A DNA stretch of 64,000 nt from an uncultured Ignavibacteriales bacterium (GCA_903843135.1 CAIMOS010000126.1:17201-81200); one strand, 5' to 3'; positions 1 to 8,843 are shown, numbered from the stretch's first letter. The notes: generated by a model not told the origin, from the letters alone. Program-made: numbers and translations.

Positions 1-21
1 TTTCCGGCTCCAAAATAATTT

Positions 22-1362
22 ATGATAAACAACAAACGCGTCCGCCTGCTTCAGGCGGGTGAGGAGAAAAAAGGCCCTGTGCTCTATTGGATGAGCCGCA
101 GCCAGAGGTTATATGACAACTGGTCCGTGGAGTTTGCGCGGCAGTTGGCAGATGAAAAAGGGGCCGGCTTCGGGATAGTGTTTACGCTCGTCCCGGAATT
201 TCTGAAAGCGACAATCCGGCAATACGGATTTATGCTTAAGGGGCTTAAAAAAGTTGAAGCGCTCTGCGGCGAAAACAATGTGCCCTTCACAATACTGCCG
301 GGGCTTCCGCAGGATGTACTACCTGATTTTATAAATGAGAATAATGTTTCTGCCCTGGTTTGCGATTTTGACCCTCTCAGAGTAAAACGGATATGGAAGC
401 GTGACCTCGCGAAGAAAATCACGATACCTTTATACGAAGTTGATTCCCACAACATAGTTCCTTGTCTTTATGCCTCACCGAAAGAAGAGTGGGGCGCGTA
501 TACGCTTCGCCCGAAAATCACAAAGGCCCTTGATGAATTTCTTGAACCGTATCCCGAATTCATACCCCGGAAAAAAACTAAACTGAAATTCAGCGCTGTG
601 GACTGGGATAAACTTTATGCTTCCCTTAAAGCAGATATGACCGTACCTGAAGTCAGCTGGATCCGGCCGGGATGGGACACGGCGCTTGATATGCTCGAGC
701 AGTTTGTTTCAGAGCGGCTTTCTGATTACGATGAGAAGCGCAATGACCCAACAACTGATTTTCAGTCTGATCTTTCCCCCTATTTACATTTCGGACAGTT
801 GTCATCTCAGACTGCCGCGTTAAGAGTTAAAATGCATAATTTCCGGAACCAAAATTCAGAAGCGTTTCTGGAGCAAGTTATAGTAAGAAAAGAACTGACC
901 GACAATTTTTGCTATTACAATACAAAGTATGATTCGTTCGAGGGATTCCAGCCGTGGGCGAAAAAAACACTGAACGATCACAGGGATGATAAGCGCGATT
1001 TTACATACACGCTTAAGCAGTTTGAAAAAGCACAGACGCACGAAGATCTCTGGAACGCGGCGCAGATGCAGATGGTGAAATCCGGCAAGATGCATAATTA
1101 TATGCGGATGTACTGGGCGAAGAAAATCCTTGAATGGTCTGAATCACCGGAGCAGGCGCTGAAGACCGCAATTTATCTTAACGATAAGTACGAACTCGAC
1201 GGGCGCGATCCGAACGGGTATGTCGGCTGCGCCTGGGCAATCGGAGGGGTCCACGACCGCGCCTGGGGGGAACGGAAGGTTTATGGCAAAATCAGGTATA
1301 TGAACTATAACGGATGCAAAAGGAAATTTGACACCTCCGGTTATATCAGGACCTGGCTTTAG
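22..1362 (+). CDS. phr: Deoxyribodipyrimidine (CPD) photolyase, class II type
   Basis: 446-aa ORF. The N-terminal YWMSRSQRLYDNW motif and the C-terminal FAD-binding region (MHNYMRMYWAKKILEW...GRDPNGY.GC.WAIGG.HDR.W) are typical of class II photolyases. Confidence 0.9.
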   Translation: MINNKRVRLLQAGEEKKGPVLYWMSRSQRLYDNWSVEFARQLADEKGAGFGIVFTLVPEFLKATIRQYGFMLKGLKKVEALCGENNVPFTILPGLPQDVLPDFINENNVSALVCDFDPLRVKRIWKRDLAKKITIPLYEVDSHNIVPCLYASPKEEWGAYTLRPKITKALDEFLEPYPEFIPRKKTKLKFSAVDWDKLYASLKADMTVPEVSWIRPGWDTALDMLEQFVSERLSDYDEKRNDPTTDFQSDLSPYLHFGQLSSQTAALRVKMHNFRNQNSEAFLEQVIVRKELTDNFCYYNTKYDSFEGFQPWAKKTLNDHRDDKRDFTYTLKQFEKAQTHEDLWNAAQMQMVKSGKMHNYMRMYWAKKILEWSESPEQALKTAIYLNDKYELDGRDPNGYVGCAWAIGGVHDRAWGERKVYGKIRYMNYNGCKRKFDTSGYIRTWL

Positions 1363-1449
1363 AGTTTTATGAGGTAAAGTATTTTATATATAATTACTAT
1401 ATTAAATGTTCGTTTTTTCAGCTATAATCATTTTTCTGGTTGATTTGTA

Positions 1450-2151
1450 TTGGATTCTTTATTTACGTGCATAATTGTTGACGACGAGAGCATTTCCCGG
1501 ATGGTAATAGAAAAATTTGTTACCCAGACAGGAATGCTCAGGCTGCTGGCTTCCTGCGATAACGCGATGGATGCTGCCCGCGTATTGCAGGCTGCGGATG
1601 TTGATATTATTTTTCTCGATGTTGAAATGCCCGGCTTAACCGGCATCGAACTGATCAAATCTCTGAGAAATGTACCGTCTGTTGTTCTGATTACCGGAAA
1701 GCGGGATTATGCCGCAGAAGCATTTGAATTCGATGTGGCTGATTATATAGTTAAACCCGTTGAATATCCGCGGTTTCTGAAAGCCGTTATGAAAGTTACC
1801 GAATCCCTCTCAAGAAAACCCCCCGTAAAAGAAGAATCTAACGACAGCCTCTTCATTAAAGTCGACCAGAAGTTTATTTCTATCAATCCGAAGGATATCC
1901 TGTTTATCGAAGCACAGAAGGACTATGCAAAAGTAGTTACAGCCGCAAATAAGTTTCTCACTCTTTCCACAATGAAAAGTGTTGAGGCCAAACTGCCGGC
2001 AAAGGATTTTATACGGGTACACCGTTCTTTCATTGTAAGGATTGATAAGATATCGGACCTGCGGAGTGAGAACCTTCTGATTGGGAAGGAAATTATTCCG
2101 ATCGGCGAATCGTACAAACAGGAATTATTCAAACGTCTCAATATACTCTGA
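1450..2151 (+). CDS. LytTR-family response regulator (REC + LytTR DNA-binding domain), orphan
   Basis: REC motifs IIVDDE, FLDVEMPGLTGIEL and KPV are present. The C-terminal LytTR pattern is IKV....I...DILFIEA..DY....T......L..TMK..E..L....F.RVHRSFIV. The start is TTG. No adjacent kinase. Confidence 0.85.
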   Translation: MDSLFTCIIVDDESISRMVIEKFVTQTGMLRLLASCDNAMDAARVLQAADVDIIFLDVEMPGLTGIELIKSLRNVPSVVLITGKRDYAAEAFEFDVADYIVKPVEYPRFLKAVMKVTESLSRKPPVKEESNDSLFIKVDQKFISINPKDILFIEAQKDYAKVVTAANKFLTLSTMKSVEAKLPAKDFIRVHRSFIVRIDKISDLRSENLLIGKEIIPIGESYKQELFKRLNIL

Positions 2152-2165
2152 GCCCGCGCCCGCCG

Positions 2166-2675
2166 TTAGTATCCGACAATTCTCGGAATAAGAATGGCAA
2201 TCACAAAAAATATTACAGCTATCACCACGCATACAGAAACGATATCCGTCCTGTACTGCATCGCTTCAAAAAAGTTTAATATCCAGTTCCAGTCGTGAAT
2301 CTGGTCGGGCGGGCCGAAGAGATCGATTTTCCGTGTTTCCGCGTCTGCAACATAAACGCTGATATTCAGGAAAGTGTGCCCGAGAAGCAAAAACCCGAGC
2401 TGCAGCCATTTCCGGAGGTAATTAACCATAAAGAATATAATCAGAAGTACCGGGATCAGGATCTGCATAATAGTTCCTCCGAAGATGGAGGGGAAGTCAC
2501 CCATTAATCCGAAAATCGCCTGTCCGGAGAGATGAACTACTTTGTGGAAATAATCGACGTAAGTATATTCAGCCCGGTTCATTATAAAAAACGCGCATAC
2601 CGGGACCAGCAATAAGGATGGGATCCATCTTAAAATCCCTTCATACTTAGAAACTCTTTTAGCGCCTTCCAGCAT
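2166..2675 (-). CDS. Hypothetical multi-pass membrane protein
   Basis: 169-aa ORF with about four hydrophobic helices. I recognise no family. Confidence 0.55.
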   Translation of the reverse strand: MLEGAKRVSKYEGILRWIPSLLLVPVCAFFIMNRAEYTYVDYFHKVVHLSGQAIFGLMGDFPSIFGGTIMQILIPVLLIIFFMVNYLRKWLQLGFLLLGHTFLNISVYVADAETRKIDLFGPPDQIHDWNWILNFFEAMQYRTDIVSVCVVIAVIFFVIAILIPRIVGY

Positions 2676-3023
2676 AAGTGTACTCCTTGATGTCGTTAAT
2701 CTTTGTCGACCGTCTTAACAATCAAAACCAGAAATAATGAAATTTATGATTGCAAGCTGAGTACAAATATAATATTTAAGAATCTTCGAAGTCAAATATT
2801 TATTGAATGTTATTTGTACTGCTTCACAGGAAATTTAATAGTGGTTTGAAAATATTACGATAAGGAAATAGTCCAGGGTGATTAAGATAAGAAGCTCAGA
2901 ATTGGGTGAAAGATTGAAGCTTCAACCTGATCCCGAACATTTCTTTTCTCGGAAATGGCGAAGATTTGAATGTCTTACGGATTAGAACGATAGTTTTTCA
3001 AAAGGGGATAATTTGTAAGCCTG

Positions 3024-3200
3024 ATTACCCTATGCGCCGTGTCTCCAAAAACTTTTTGGATGAAGTGTAATTTGCTTCTTAAAGTATTCTTTTAACTCTA
3101 TCGGAGATAAGTCCTTGATTTCATCATTAATCTTATCACGAATTTGGCGAAGCCGCTGAATAACAGCATCTTCTTCTTTGTGTTTGGTTTTAGTCTTCAT
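3024..3200 (-). CDS. Small charged ORF (58 aa) overlapping the 3' end of the PIN gene; possible cognate partner or antitoxin
   Basis: Hand translation gives MKTKTKHKEEDAVIQRLRQIRDKINDEIKDLSPIELKEYFKKQITLQSKKFLETRRIG. Its ATG at 3200 overlaps the PIN stop (3190-3192) by 11 nt. It is below the ORF-track length cutoff. Confidence 0.3.
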
Positions 3201-3648
3201 ATTCTAAGATTTCTCTTGGTGTCCTTATTTCCAATATTTTATATCCGTATTTATAATTCACGGAGTTATATCCGCGTATCCGGTTGATGTTTACAATATG
3301 CTTGAAATTCCAACTGATCAGGATATCTGCATTATTAAATGTAGCTAAAGCGATATGTAAACAATCAGCCCTGCTCGACTTGCCGACAACATTTTCAATT
3401 AAATATTTTTCGGACAGCTCAGTTGCCGAATCAGTAATTTCAATGAATTCTAAGTGCTCTACCGGAATATCATTTACAAGTTCACGAACATTTCCCGGTG
3501 CAAGGGCTAATTCAATATCTGTTAGGCGTGAATATATTACTCTATATTTTCCTAACCCGATTTTGTTAAAAAGTATTTTTGTCCAAATTTCAAATTCAGG
3601 ATCAAAATACCCTCCAAAAACCGATGTATCAAGATATATCCTATTCAT
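3190..3648 (-). CDS. PIN-domain protein (VapC-like putative ribonuclease toxin)
   Basis: 152 aa. The N-terminal IYLDTSVFGGYF carries the first PIN acidic residue. Later acidic and conserved positions are E..D, ADCLHIA and the SWNFKHIV tail. Confidence 0.7.
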   Translation of the reverse strand: MNRIYLDTSVFGGYFDPEFEIWTKILFNKIGLGKYRVIYSRLTDIELALAPGNVRELVNDIPVEHLEFIEITDSATELSEKYLIENVVGKSSRADCLHIALATFNNADILISWNFKHIVNINRIRGYNSVNYKYGYKILEIRTPREILEYED

Positions 3649-3857
3649 AGAGTAAAGATATAAAAAAATCCGGCTTCAATAAATGTTAATGTGCTGCCTT
3701 TGTCCCTTTGTTGCTGAATCGCCGGATCCTTGTTGCCGCAGGTTTTTTTGTTGATTCATACTAATAAAGGCTTTAAGGCGCGATTGTATGAGTTTTTTTG
3801 GAACCAATTTCTAATTAAATTGATTAATAAAGTGTGTCTGCCATATTAATCGTGAAA

Positions 3858-4514
3858 ATGAAAAAAACAACAATTCTGATTATGATTTTACTTGGCGCCG
3901 GAATTTTTAATTCCTGTGCGCAGAACAAACAACCGTTAAAAAAGGCAAATGATATAATGTACAATTCATCTAAAACTGATACAGTTACTTTCGGCGCCGG
4001 ATGCTTCTGGTGTGTCGAGGCCGTGTTCCAGCGGCTGGACGGAGTCGTAAAAGTCGTTTCCGGCTACAGCGGGGGCGAGACGAAAAACCCGACTTATGAA
4101 CAGGTGTGCACGGGAAAAACCGGCCACGCGGAAGTGTGCCAGATTACATACGATCCGTCGAAAATTTCCTTCCCCGATCTGCTTGAGGTGTTCTTTTCGA
4201 CCCACGATCCGACTACGCTTAACAGGCAGGGAGCGGATACCGGGCCCCAATACCGTTCGGCGATATTCTTTCACAATGGCGCACAGCGGGAACTTGCGGA
4301 AAAATATAAAGCAGAACTTGGAAAATCGGGCGCTTTTAAGGATCCTATTGTAACCGAGATTAATCCTTATACTGTTTTTTACCTTGCGGAAAAGTACCAT
4401 CAGGACTATTTTGATAGTAACCAGATGCAGCCGTACTGTAGTTTTGTGATACGGCCCAAACTCGATAAGTTCACTAAACAATTTAAAGACAAATTGAAGG
4501 CGGAATTAAAATAA
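3858..4514 (+). CDS. msrA: Peptide-methionine (S)-S-oxide reductase MsrA, exported or lipoprotein form
   Basis: The catalytic GCFWCVEAVF motif, GYSGG....PTYE.VC.G.TGHAEV and YHQDY are present. The N-terminus is MKKTTILIMILLGAGIFNSC, a signal peptide with a lipobox-like Cys. The ORF is open from GTG 3834, but the ATG at 3858 is more likely. Confidence 0.9.
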   Translation: MKKTTILIMILLGAGIFNSCAQNKQPLKKANDIMYNSSKTDTVTFGAGCFWCVEAVFQRLDGVVKVVSGYSGGETKNPTYEQVCTGKTGHAEVCQITYDPSKISFPDLLEVFFSTHDPTTLNRQGADTGPQYRSAIFFHNGAQRELAEKYKAELGKSGAFKDPIVTEINPYTVFYLAEKYHQDYFDSNQMQPYCSFVIRPKLDKFTKQFKDKLKAELK

Positions 4515-4550
4515 TTTTGTTATCTTTAGTTCCCCTGCATCGGGTTTTGG

Positions 4551-4581
4551 AACCGCTGCTGGTTTCTGCAGGCGGTTTTTG
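4551..4581 (+). terminator. Putative Rho-independent terminator after msrA
   Basis: The stem is aaccgctgc / tgcaggcggtt with one bulge, followed by a T-run (4576-4580). Confidence 0.45.
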
Positions 4582-4618
4582 CAGTTATAGTCGTTAATAA
4601 TAATATAGGAAAGTTCGA

Positions 4619-4993
4619 TTGATGAAAAAGTTTTCAACCGGGGACATTATTCTTCAGCAGGAAAGTTCGGGTTCTGAGTTCTACATTCTAATGGAGGGGA
4701 AAGTCGGTGTTTATAAAAACGGAACCAAGATTGCCGAATATGACGAGCCTGGAACGGTAATCGGCGAGATCAGCGCTATACTCGGAATTCCGCGTACAGC
4801 CACTATAATAGCCCTCGCAGAAAGCGAATTTATTCTGATCGAAGGCAATGTTGAAGACGAAATCCGCACTCATCCGGATATCATTCTTTATGTTCTTACT
4901 AATCTTGCCGAAAGGTTGAGTTCCACCACCGGGGACCTGGTTACGGTTGCTTCGAAAATGAGTTTGAAATCGCTAAAGGATATAGCCCAGTAA
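4619..4993 (+). CDS. Stand-alone cyclic-nucleotide-binding domain protein (no DNA-binding output)
   Basis: 124 aa. A cNMP-binding beta-roll pattern is present (G..I..Q.......FYIL.EG.V.V.........E...G...GE.S.....PRTAT..A). No HTH follows it. Confidence 0.75.
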   Translation: MMKKFSTGDIILQQESSGSEFYILMEGKVGVYKNGTKIAEYDEPGTVIGEISAILGIPRTATIIALAESEFILIEGNVEDEIRTHPDIILYVLTNLAERLSSTTGDLVTVASKMSLKSLKDIAQ

Positions 4994-5026
4994 GCGAAGA
5001 TAATTAATTTATACTGACCGGTATTT

Positions 5027-5059
5027 CTTCCGAGATACCGGTTTTTTTTATTCCCCCCC
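5027..5059 (+). terminator. Rho-independent terminator
   Basis: The stem is accggtatttc / gagataccggt (about 11 bp including one wobble) with loop ttcc, followed by an 8-nt T-run. Confidence 0.75.
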
Positions 5060-5126
5060 GGTTCAGCCCCTGACTAATTCTTACTATTTATTTGTTGTGA
5101 AATGCACCTTTTTTAATTGATTCATA

Positions 5127-5143
5127 GTGGCAATTATTGACAC
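5127..5143. promoter_or_regulatory. Imperfect 17-bp palindrome GTGGCAAT-T-ATTGACAC, candidate enhancer-binding-protein site
   Basis: 7 of 8 arm positions are symmetric. It lies about 110-125 bp upstream of the TGGCAC element at 5251. Confidence 0.25.
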
Positions 5144-5250
5144 ACGCATCTCTTTTCTCTATATCGGAAAAAATAACTATTTACCTCTCAAAAATGTGAA
5201 AATAAACAAAATAAAGGCTTGTTTTATATTAAAAAACAATAATTAGACTA

Positions 5251-5265
5251 TGGCACATTAATTGA
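5251..5265 (+). promoter_or_regulatory. Candidate sigma-54 (-24/-12) promoter of the oxidoreductase operon
   Basis: The sequence is TGGCAC-attaa-TTGA. The -24 half is perfect and the GG-to-12 spacing is correct, but -12 reads TTGA instead of TTGC. It sits 37 nt before the ATG at 5302. Confidence 0.35.
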
Positions 5266-5301
5266 AAGGTAAAATGTATTAATATTTTAGGAATTACGGT
5301 T

Positions 5302-5538
5302 ATGATAAAAGGTACTGTAAAAATAGCAACGGAGTTGTGCAAGGGATGTGAACTTTGCATAGCTGCTTGCCCCCAGGATTGTCTTACGCTCACAAATAAT
5401 ATAAATTTAAAAGGGTACAAATTCGTTGAATTGAAAAACGATACCTGTACCGGATGCACCAACTGCGCTTTAGTTTGCCCCGATGCCGTATTCACGGTAT
5501 ATCGCCAGCCAAAAGCTTCACTTAAAAAAGCTGTATAA
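5302..5538 (+). CDS. 2-oxoacid:ferredoxin oxidoreductase delta subunit (2x[4Fe-4S] ferredoxin)
   Basis: 78 aa with two CxxCxxCxxxCP motifs (CKGCELCIAACP, CTGCTNCALVCP). It is the first gene of the delta-alpha-beta-gamma operon. Confidence 0.85.
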   Translation: MIKGTVKIATELCKGCELCIAACPQDCLTLTNNINLKGYKFVELKNDTCTGCTNCALVCPDAVFTVYRQPKASLKKAV

Positions 5539-5553
5539 CGGAAGGAAAGAAAA

Positions 5554-6651
5554 ATGACAAAAGAACCGTTGAAACCGCGCGAAGTTAAATTAATGAAAGG
5601 GAACGAAGCTCTTGCTGAGGCGGCCATCCGTGCGGGTATGGACGCTTATTTCGGATACCCTATCACCCCTCAGTCTGAAGTGCTTGAATATCTTACAATC
5701 GAAGTACCGAAGAGGAGCGGGCTTGTTTTACAGGCTGAAAGTGAAGTGGCGGCTATCAATATGATCTACGGCGCTTCAGGTGCCGGCGGAAGAGTAATGA
5801 CTTCCTCCTCCAGCCCCGGAATCAGCCTTATGCAGGAAGGGCTCTCCTACATCGCTTCAGCAGAACTCCCCTGCCTGGTTGTTAATGTCAACAGGGGCGG
5901 TCCCGGACTCGGAACGATACAGCCCTCACAGGGAGATTATTTCCAGTCAACAAAAGGAGGCGGACACGGAGATTATCGCCTGATAGTGCTTGCCCCGGCT
6001 TCAGTTCAGGAAATGGCTGACTTTGTGTTTGACGGATTTGTGCTTGCCGAAAAGTACCGCGGACCGGTACTCATCCTCGCGGACGGCGCTCTCGGGCAGA
6101 TGATGGAAAAAGTTGATCTGAAAGCGGAAGGATCTCTTCCGAAAACTGTTCCGTCCTGGGCGACCAGAGGAAGATCTAAAGACAGGGACCCGAATATTAT
6201 TACGTCTCTGTTCATTCAGCCTGAGAAAATGGAGCAGATCAATATGCGCCTCCAGGCAAAATATAAAATCATTGCTGAAAAAGAAGTTCGGTACGAAGAA
6301 TATCATACAGATGACGCGGATTATATCCTGGTTGCATACGGATTGTCCGCGCGTATCGTAAGAAAGACCGTTGACCTCGCCCGCGAAAAAGGAATTAAAG
6401 CCGGCCTGCTCAGACCGCAGACACTCTTCCCGTTCCCGTCAGTCAGAATTGCTGAACTTGCTAAACACGCAAAAGCATTTCTGGATGTTGAAATGAATGC
6501 GGGCCAGATGGTCGAAGATGTCCGCCTTGCAGTTAACGGAAAAACCGAAGTGTTCTTCAAAGGCAGAATGGGCGGTATCATCCCTTCACCCGAAGAGATA
6601 CTTGAAGAGTTAGAACGAATTGACGAAAAAATTGTTGCATATCAGGAGTAG
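5554..6651 (+). CDS. 2-oxoacid:ferredoxin oxidoreductase alpha subunit (KorA/VorB-type); substrate not assignable
   Basis: 365 aa. The N-terminus G.EA.A.GAI.AG...YFGYPITPQSE and the overall layout are typical of OFOR alpha subunits. Confidence 0.85.
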   Translation: MTKEPLKPREVKLMKGNEALAEAAIRAGMDAYFGYPITPQSEVLEYLTIEVPKRSGLVLQAESEVAAINMIYGASGAGGRVMTSSSSPGISLMQEGLSYIASAELPCLVVNVNRGGPGLGTIQPSQGDYFQSTKGGGHGDYRLIVLAPASVQEMADFVFDGFVLAEKYRGPVLILADGALGQMMEKVDLKAEGSLPKTVPSWATRGRSKDRDPNIITSLFIQPEKMEQINMRLQAKYKIIAEKEVRYEEYHTDDADYILVAYGLSARIVRKTVDLAREKGIKAGLLRPQTLFPFPSVRIAELAKHAKAFLDVEMNAGQMVEDVRLAVNGKTEVFFKGRMGGIIPSPEEILEELERIDEKIVAYQE

Positions 6652-6660
6652 GAGAGAGCA

Positions 6661-7431
6661 ATGGAAGATAATTTAGTATTAGAAGGCCTCGAAGTTGTAT
6701 ACCATAAACCGGATACTCTTACTGAAGCGCCGTTTCATTACTGCCCGGGCTGCGGGCACGGTGTTGCACACCGCCTGATAATGGAAGTTGTTGAAGAGAT
6801 GGGCATCGAGGAGCAGACAATAGGTATCGCCCCCGTAGGCTGTTCTGTTTTTGCTTACCACTATATGAAAATTGATATGCAGGAAGCCGCCCACGGAAGG
6901 GCCTGTGCCGTTGCCACCGGTGTTAAACGCCTGCTGCCCGAAAAATATGTATTTACTTATCAGGGAGACGGCGACCTCGCAGCCATCGGAACCGCGGAAA
7001 CAATCCATACTGTAAACCGCGGAGAAAACCTCGCGATATTCTTTATTAATAATGCCATCTACGGAATGACCGGAGGCCAGATGGCGCCTACATCGCTCTG
7101 CCACCAGGTAACCTCTACCTCGCCTTACGGCAGGGAAGAGAAAGCAATGGGCTTCCCGCTTAAGATGACGGAATTAGTTGCCCATCTGCCCGGAGCGTAT
7201 TATGTAACAAGGCAGGCAGTTCATACTCCGAACGCCGTACGCAAATGCAAAAAAGCGATCAGGAACGCGTTTGAATACCAGAAAGAAAACAAAGGTACTT
7301 GTTTTGTGGAGATAGTTTCCAACTGCCCGTCAGGGTGGAGGCTCACTCCGCTCGATTCGCAGAAGTGGCTCGAAGAAAACATGCTTCCGATGTATAAACT
7401 CGGAGACATTAAACTTCCGGGAAAGGATTAA
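6661..7431 (+). CDS. 2-oxoacid:ferredoxin oxidoreductase beta subunit (TPP-binding)
   Basis: 256 aa. CPGCGHG and the GDGD......NN.IYGMTGGQ TPP and Fe-S motifs are present. Confidence 0.9.
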   Translation: MEDNLVLEGLEVVYHKPDTLTEAPFHYCPGCGHGVAHRLIMEVVEEMGIEEQTIGIAPVGCSVFAYHYMKIDMQEAAHGRACAVATGVKRLLPEKYVFTYQGDGDLAAIGTAETIHTVNRGENLAIFFINNAIYGMTGGQMAPTSLCHQVTSTSPYGREEKAMGFPLKMTELVAHLPGAYYVTRQAVHTPNAVRKCKKAIRNAFEYQKENKGTCFVEIVSNCPSGWRLTPLDSQKWLEENMLPMYKLGDIKLPGKD

Positions 7432-7443
7432 GGAGATTTTACT

Positions 7444-8013
7444 ATGTACAAATCAGATGAAATAATTATTGCAGGATTTGGCGGACAGGGAGTCCTCTCA
7501 ATGGGACAAACCCTCGCTTACGCCGCTATGATCGATAAAAAAGAAACAAGCTGGATGCCTTCCTACGGGCCCGAAATGAGGGGCGGTACTGCCAACTGTA
7601 TCGTTATTGTTTCGGAAGGGCCGATCAGTTCACCGATCGTTACAAAATTTGATTCAGGGATTGTTCTGAACCAGCCGTCAATGGAAAAATTTGAAGAGGC
7701 CATCAAGCCGGGCGGAGTTTTGGTATATGAAGCGTCTACAATTATTACGGCTCCCACCAGAACTGATATAACCGTACTTAAAATCCCTGCAATCGATGAA
7801 GCAAACAAGATGAATAAAAAGCAGGTCGCAAATATGATTATGCTCGGCGCGTTCCTGGAACTTAAACCTATTCTCGCTATGGAGAGTATCCTTAGCGCGC
7901 TGAAAAAGGTGCTGCCCGAAAGGCATCATCATACTATTCCTTTGAATGAGAAAGCAATTTTACGCGGCAGAGAGCTGGCCGCTGAACAATTAACTGTTTC
8001 AAACACTATATGA
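7444..8013 (+). CDS. 2-oxoacid:ferredoxin oxidoreductase gamma subunit
   Basis: 189 aa. The motif I..AGFGGQGV.......A.A........W.PSYGPEMRGGTA is typical of POR_N/gamma subunits. Confidence 0.9.
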   Translation: MYKSDEIIIAGFGGQGVLSMGQTLAYAAMIDKKETSWMPSYGPEMRGGTANCIVIVSEGPISSPIVTKFDSGIVLNQPSMEKFEEAIKPGGVLVYEASTIITAPTRTDITVLKIPAIDEANKMNKKQVANMIMLGAFLELKPILAMESILSALKKVLPERHHHTIPLNEKAILRGRELAAEQLTVSNTI

Positions 8014-8282
8014 CGGGCAGAACAATGAGTGACTCTGAATTAAAATGCCAGCACACCTGCAGGAATTCCTGTGCGATGTTAAATGAAGCGCTCCGTAAAG
8101 AAACCGCCTCAGTCCGCTTTTACGAAGAAGTGTTCGACGAGTGCAATTCACCGGAGATTAAAGAATTTCTCGGCCAGATTATTGACGTGAGAAGGTCGGA
8201 GATACTCAGAATGATTCAGAAACTCAATGAGATCCACGCCCGCTCGCAGTCAACTGACGGTATAGTTTCGAGTTTCAGTTAA
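8010..8282 (+). CDS. Small Cys-rich helical protein, translationally coupled to the gamma subunit
   Basis: 90 aa. Its ATG overlaps the korC-type stop (ATGA at 8010-8013). An N-terminal CQHTCRNSC cluster is followed by predicted helices. I recognise no family. Confidence 0.5.
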   Translation: MTGRTMSDSELKCQHTCRNSCAMLNEALRKETASVRFYEEVFDECNSPEIKEFLGQIIDVRRSEILRMIQKLNEIHARSQSTDGIVSSFS

Positions 8283-8367
8283 TTCTGTTTCGCCCGGCTT
8301 AACGGTACTGCAACAAATCAGTACGGTATTCAGCCGGTGTTGTACGATTAACATTAAATTTAACAGG

Positions 8368-8402
8368 TCCCGCATACGCTATGTGTGCGGGATTTTTTTT
8401 AT
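8368..8402. terminator. Bidirectional hairpin terminator between convergent genes
   Basis: The stem is tcccgcaca-type, tcccgcat...gtgcggga, followed by T8. It lies between the 8282 (+) and 8406 (-) gene ends. Confidence 0.7.
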
Positions 8403-8405
8403 AAA

Positions 8406-8843
8406 TCAATCCTTAAGTTTAAACCTCAGCCTCATCACACCGTTCTCGAAAGAACTGCTGATTATGCTGAAGCGCCCGATTTCGGATGTATTGGAGACGT
8501 GGGGCCCGATGCAGGGGCAGGCGTCGTAATCACCGACATTTATTATTCTGATCTCATCACCGGTTCCCTCGGGGAGCCGTTCAAGATTAAATATATTTTC
8601 TGCCTCGCTTCGTGCAATGAATTTTTCATAAACAGGCAAATTCTGTGAGATTACTTCGTTCACCTTATTCTCGATTGCCCGCCTCTCATCTTCCGTGAGG
8701 TCCCGGTCAAAACGGTAATCGCACTTGGATTTTTTCTTCTCGATATGCGCTGAAAAAGCCCTCCCTCTTTCAAACATTTTTGCCATTGTGCCGTTAAGGA
8801 TATGCTCGGCCGTATGCATCCGCGGATCGTAATCTTTGTTCAT
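8406..8843 (-). CDS. AlaX-S-like free-standing tRNA editing domain (Thr/Ala-tRNA synthetase second additional domain)
   Basis: 145 aa with the zinc motifs HTAEH and C.C.GPH characteristic of tRNA_SAD/AlaX proteins. Confidence 0.8.
   Translation of the reverse strand: MNKDYDPRMHTAEHILNGTMAKMFERGRAFSAHIEKKKSKCDYRFDRDLTEDERRAIENKVNEVISQNLPVYEKFIARSEAENIFNLERLPEGTGDEIRIINVGDYDACPCIGPHVSNTSEIGRFSIISSSFENGVMRLRFKLKD

Noticed and set aside
8385-8648. 87-aa plus-strand ORF.
   Set aside because: It lies antisense to the AlaX-type gene, which has clear HxxxH/CxxxH zinc motifs. The plus-strand ORF has no recognisable features and begins inside the terminator.
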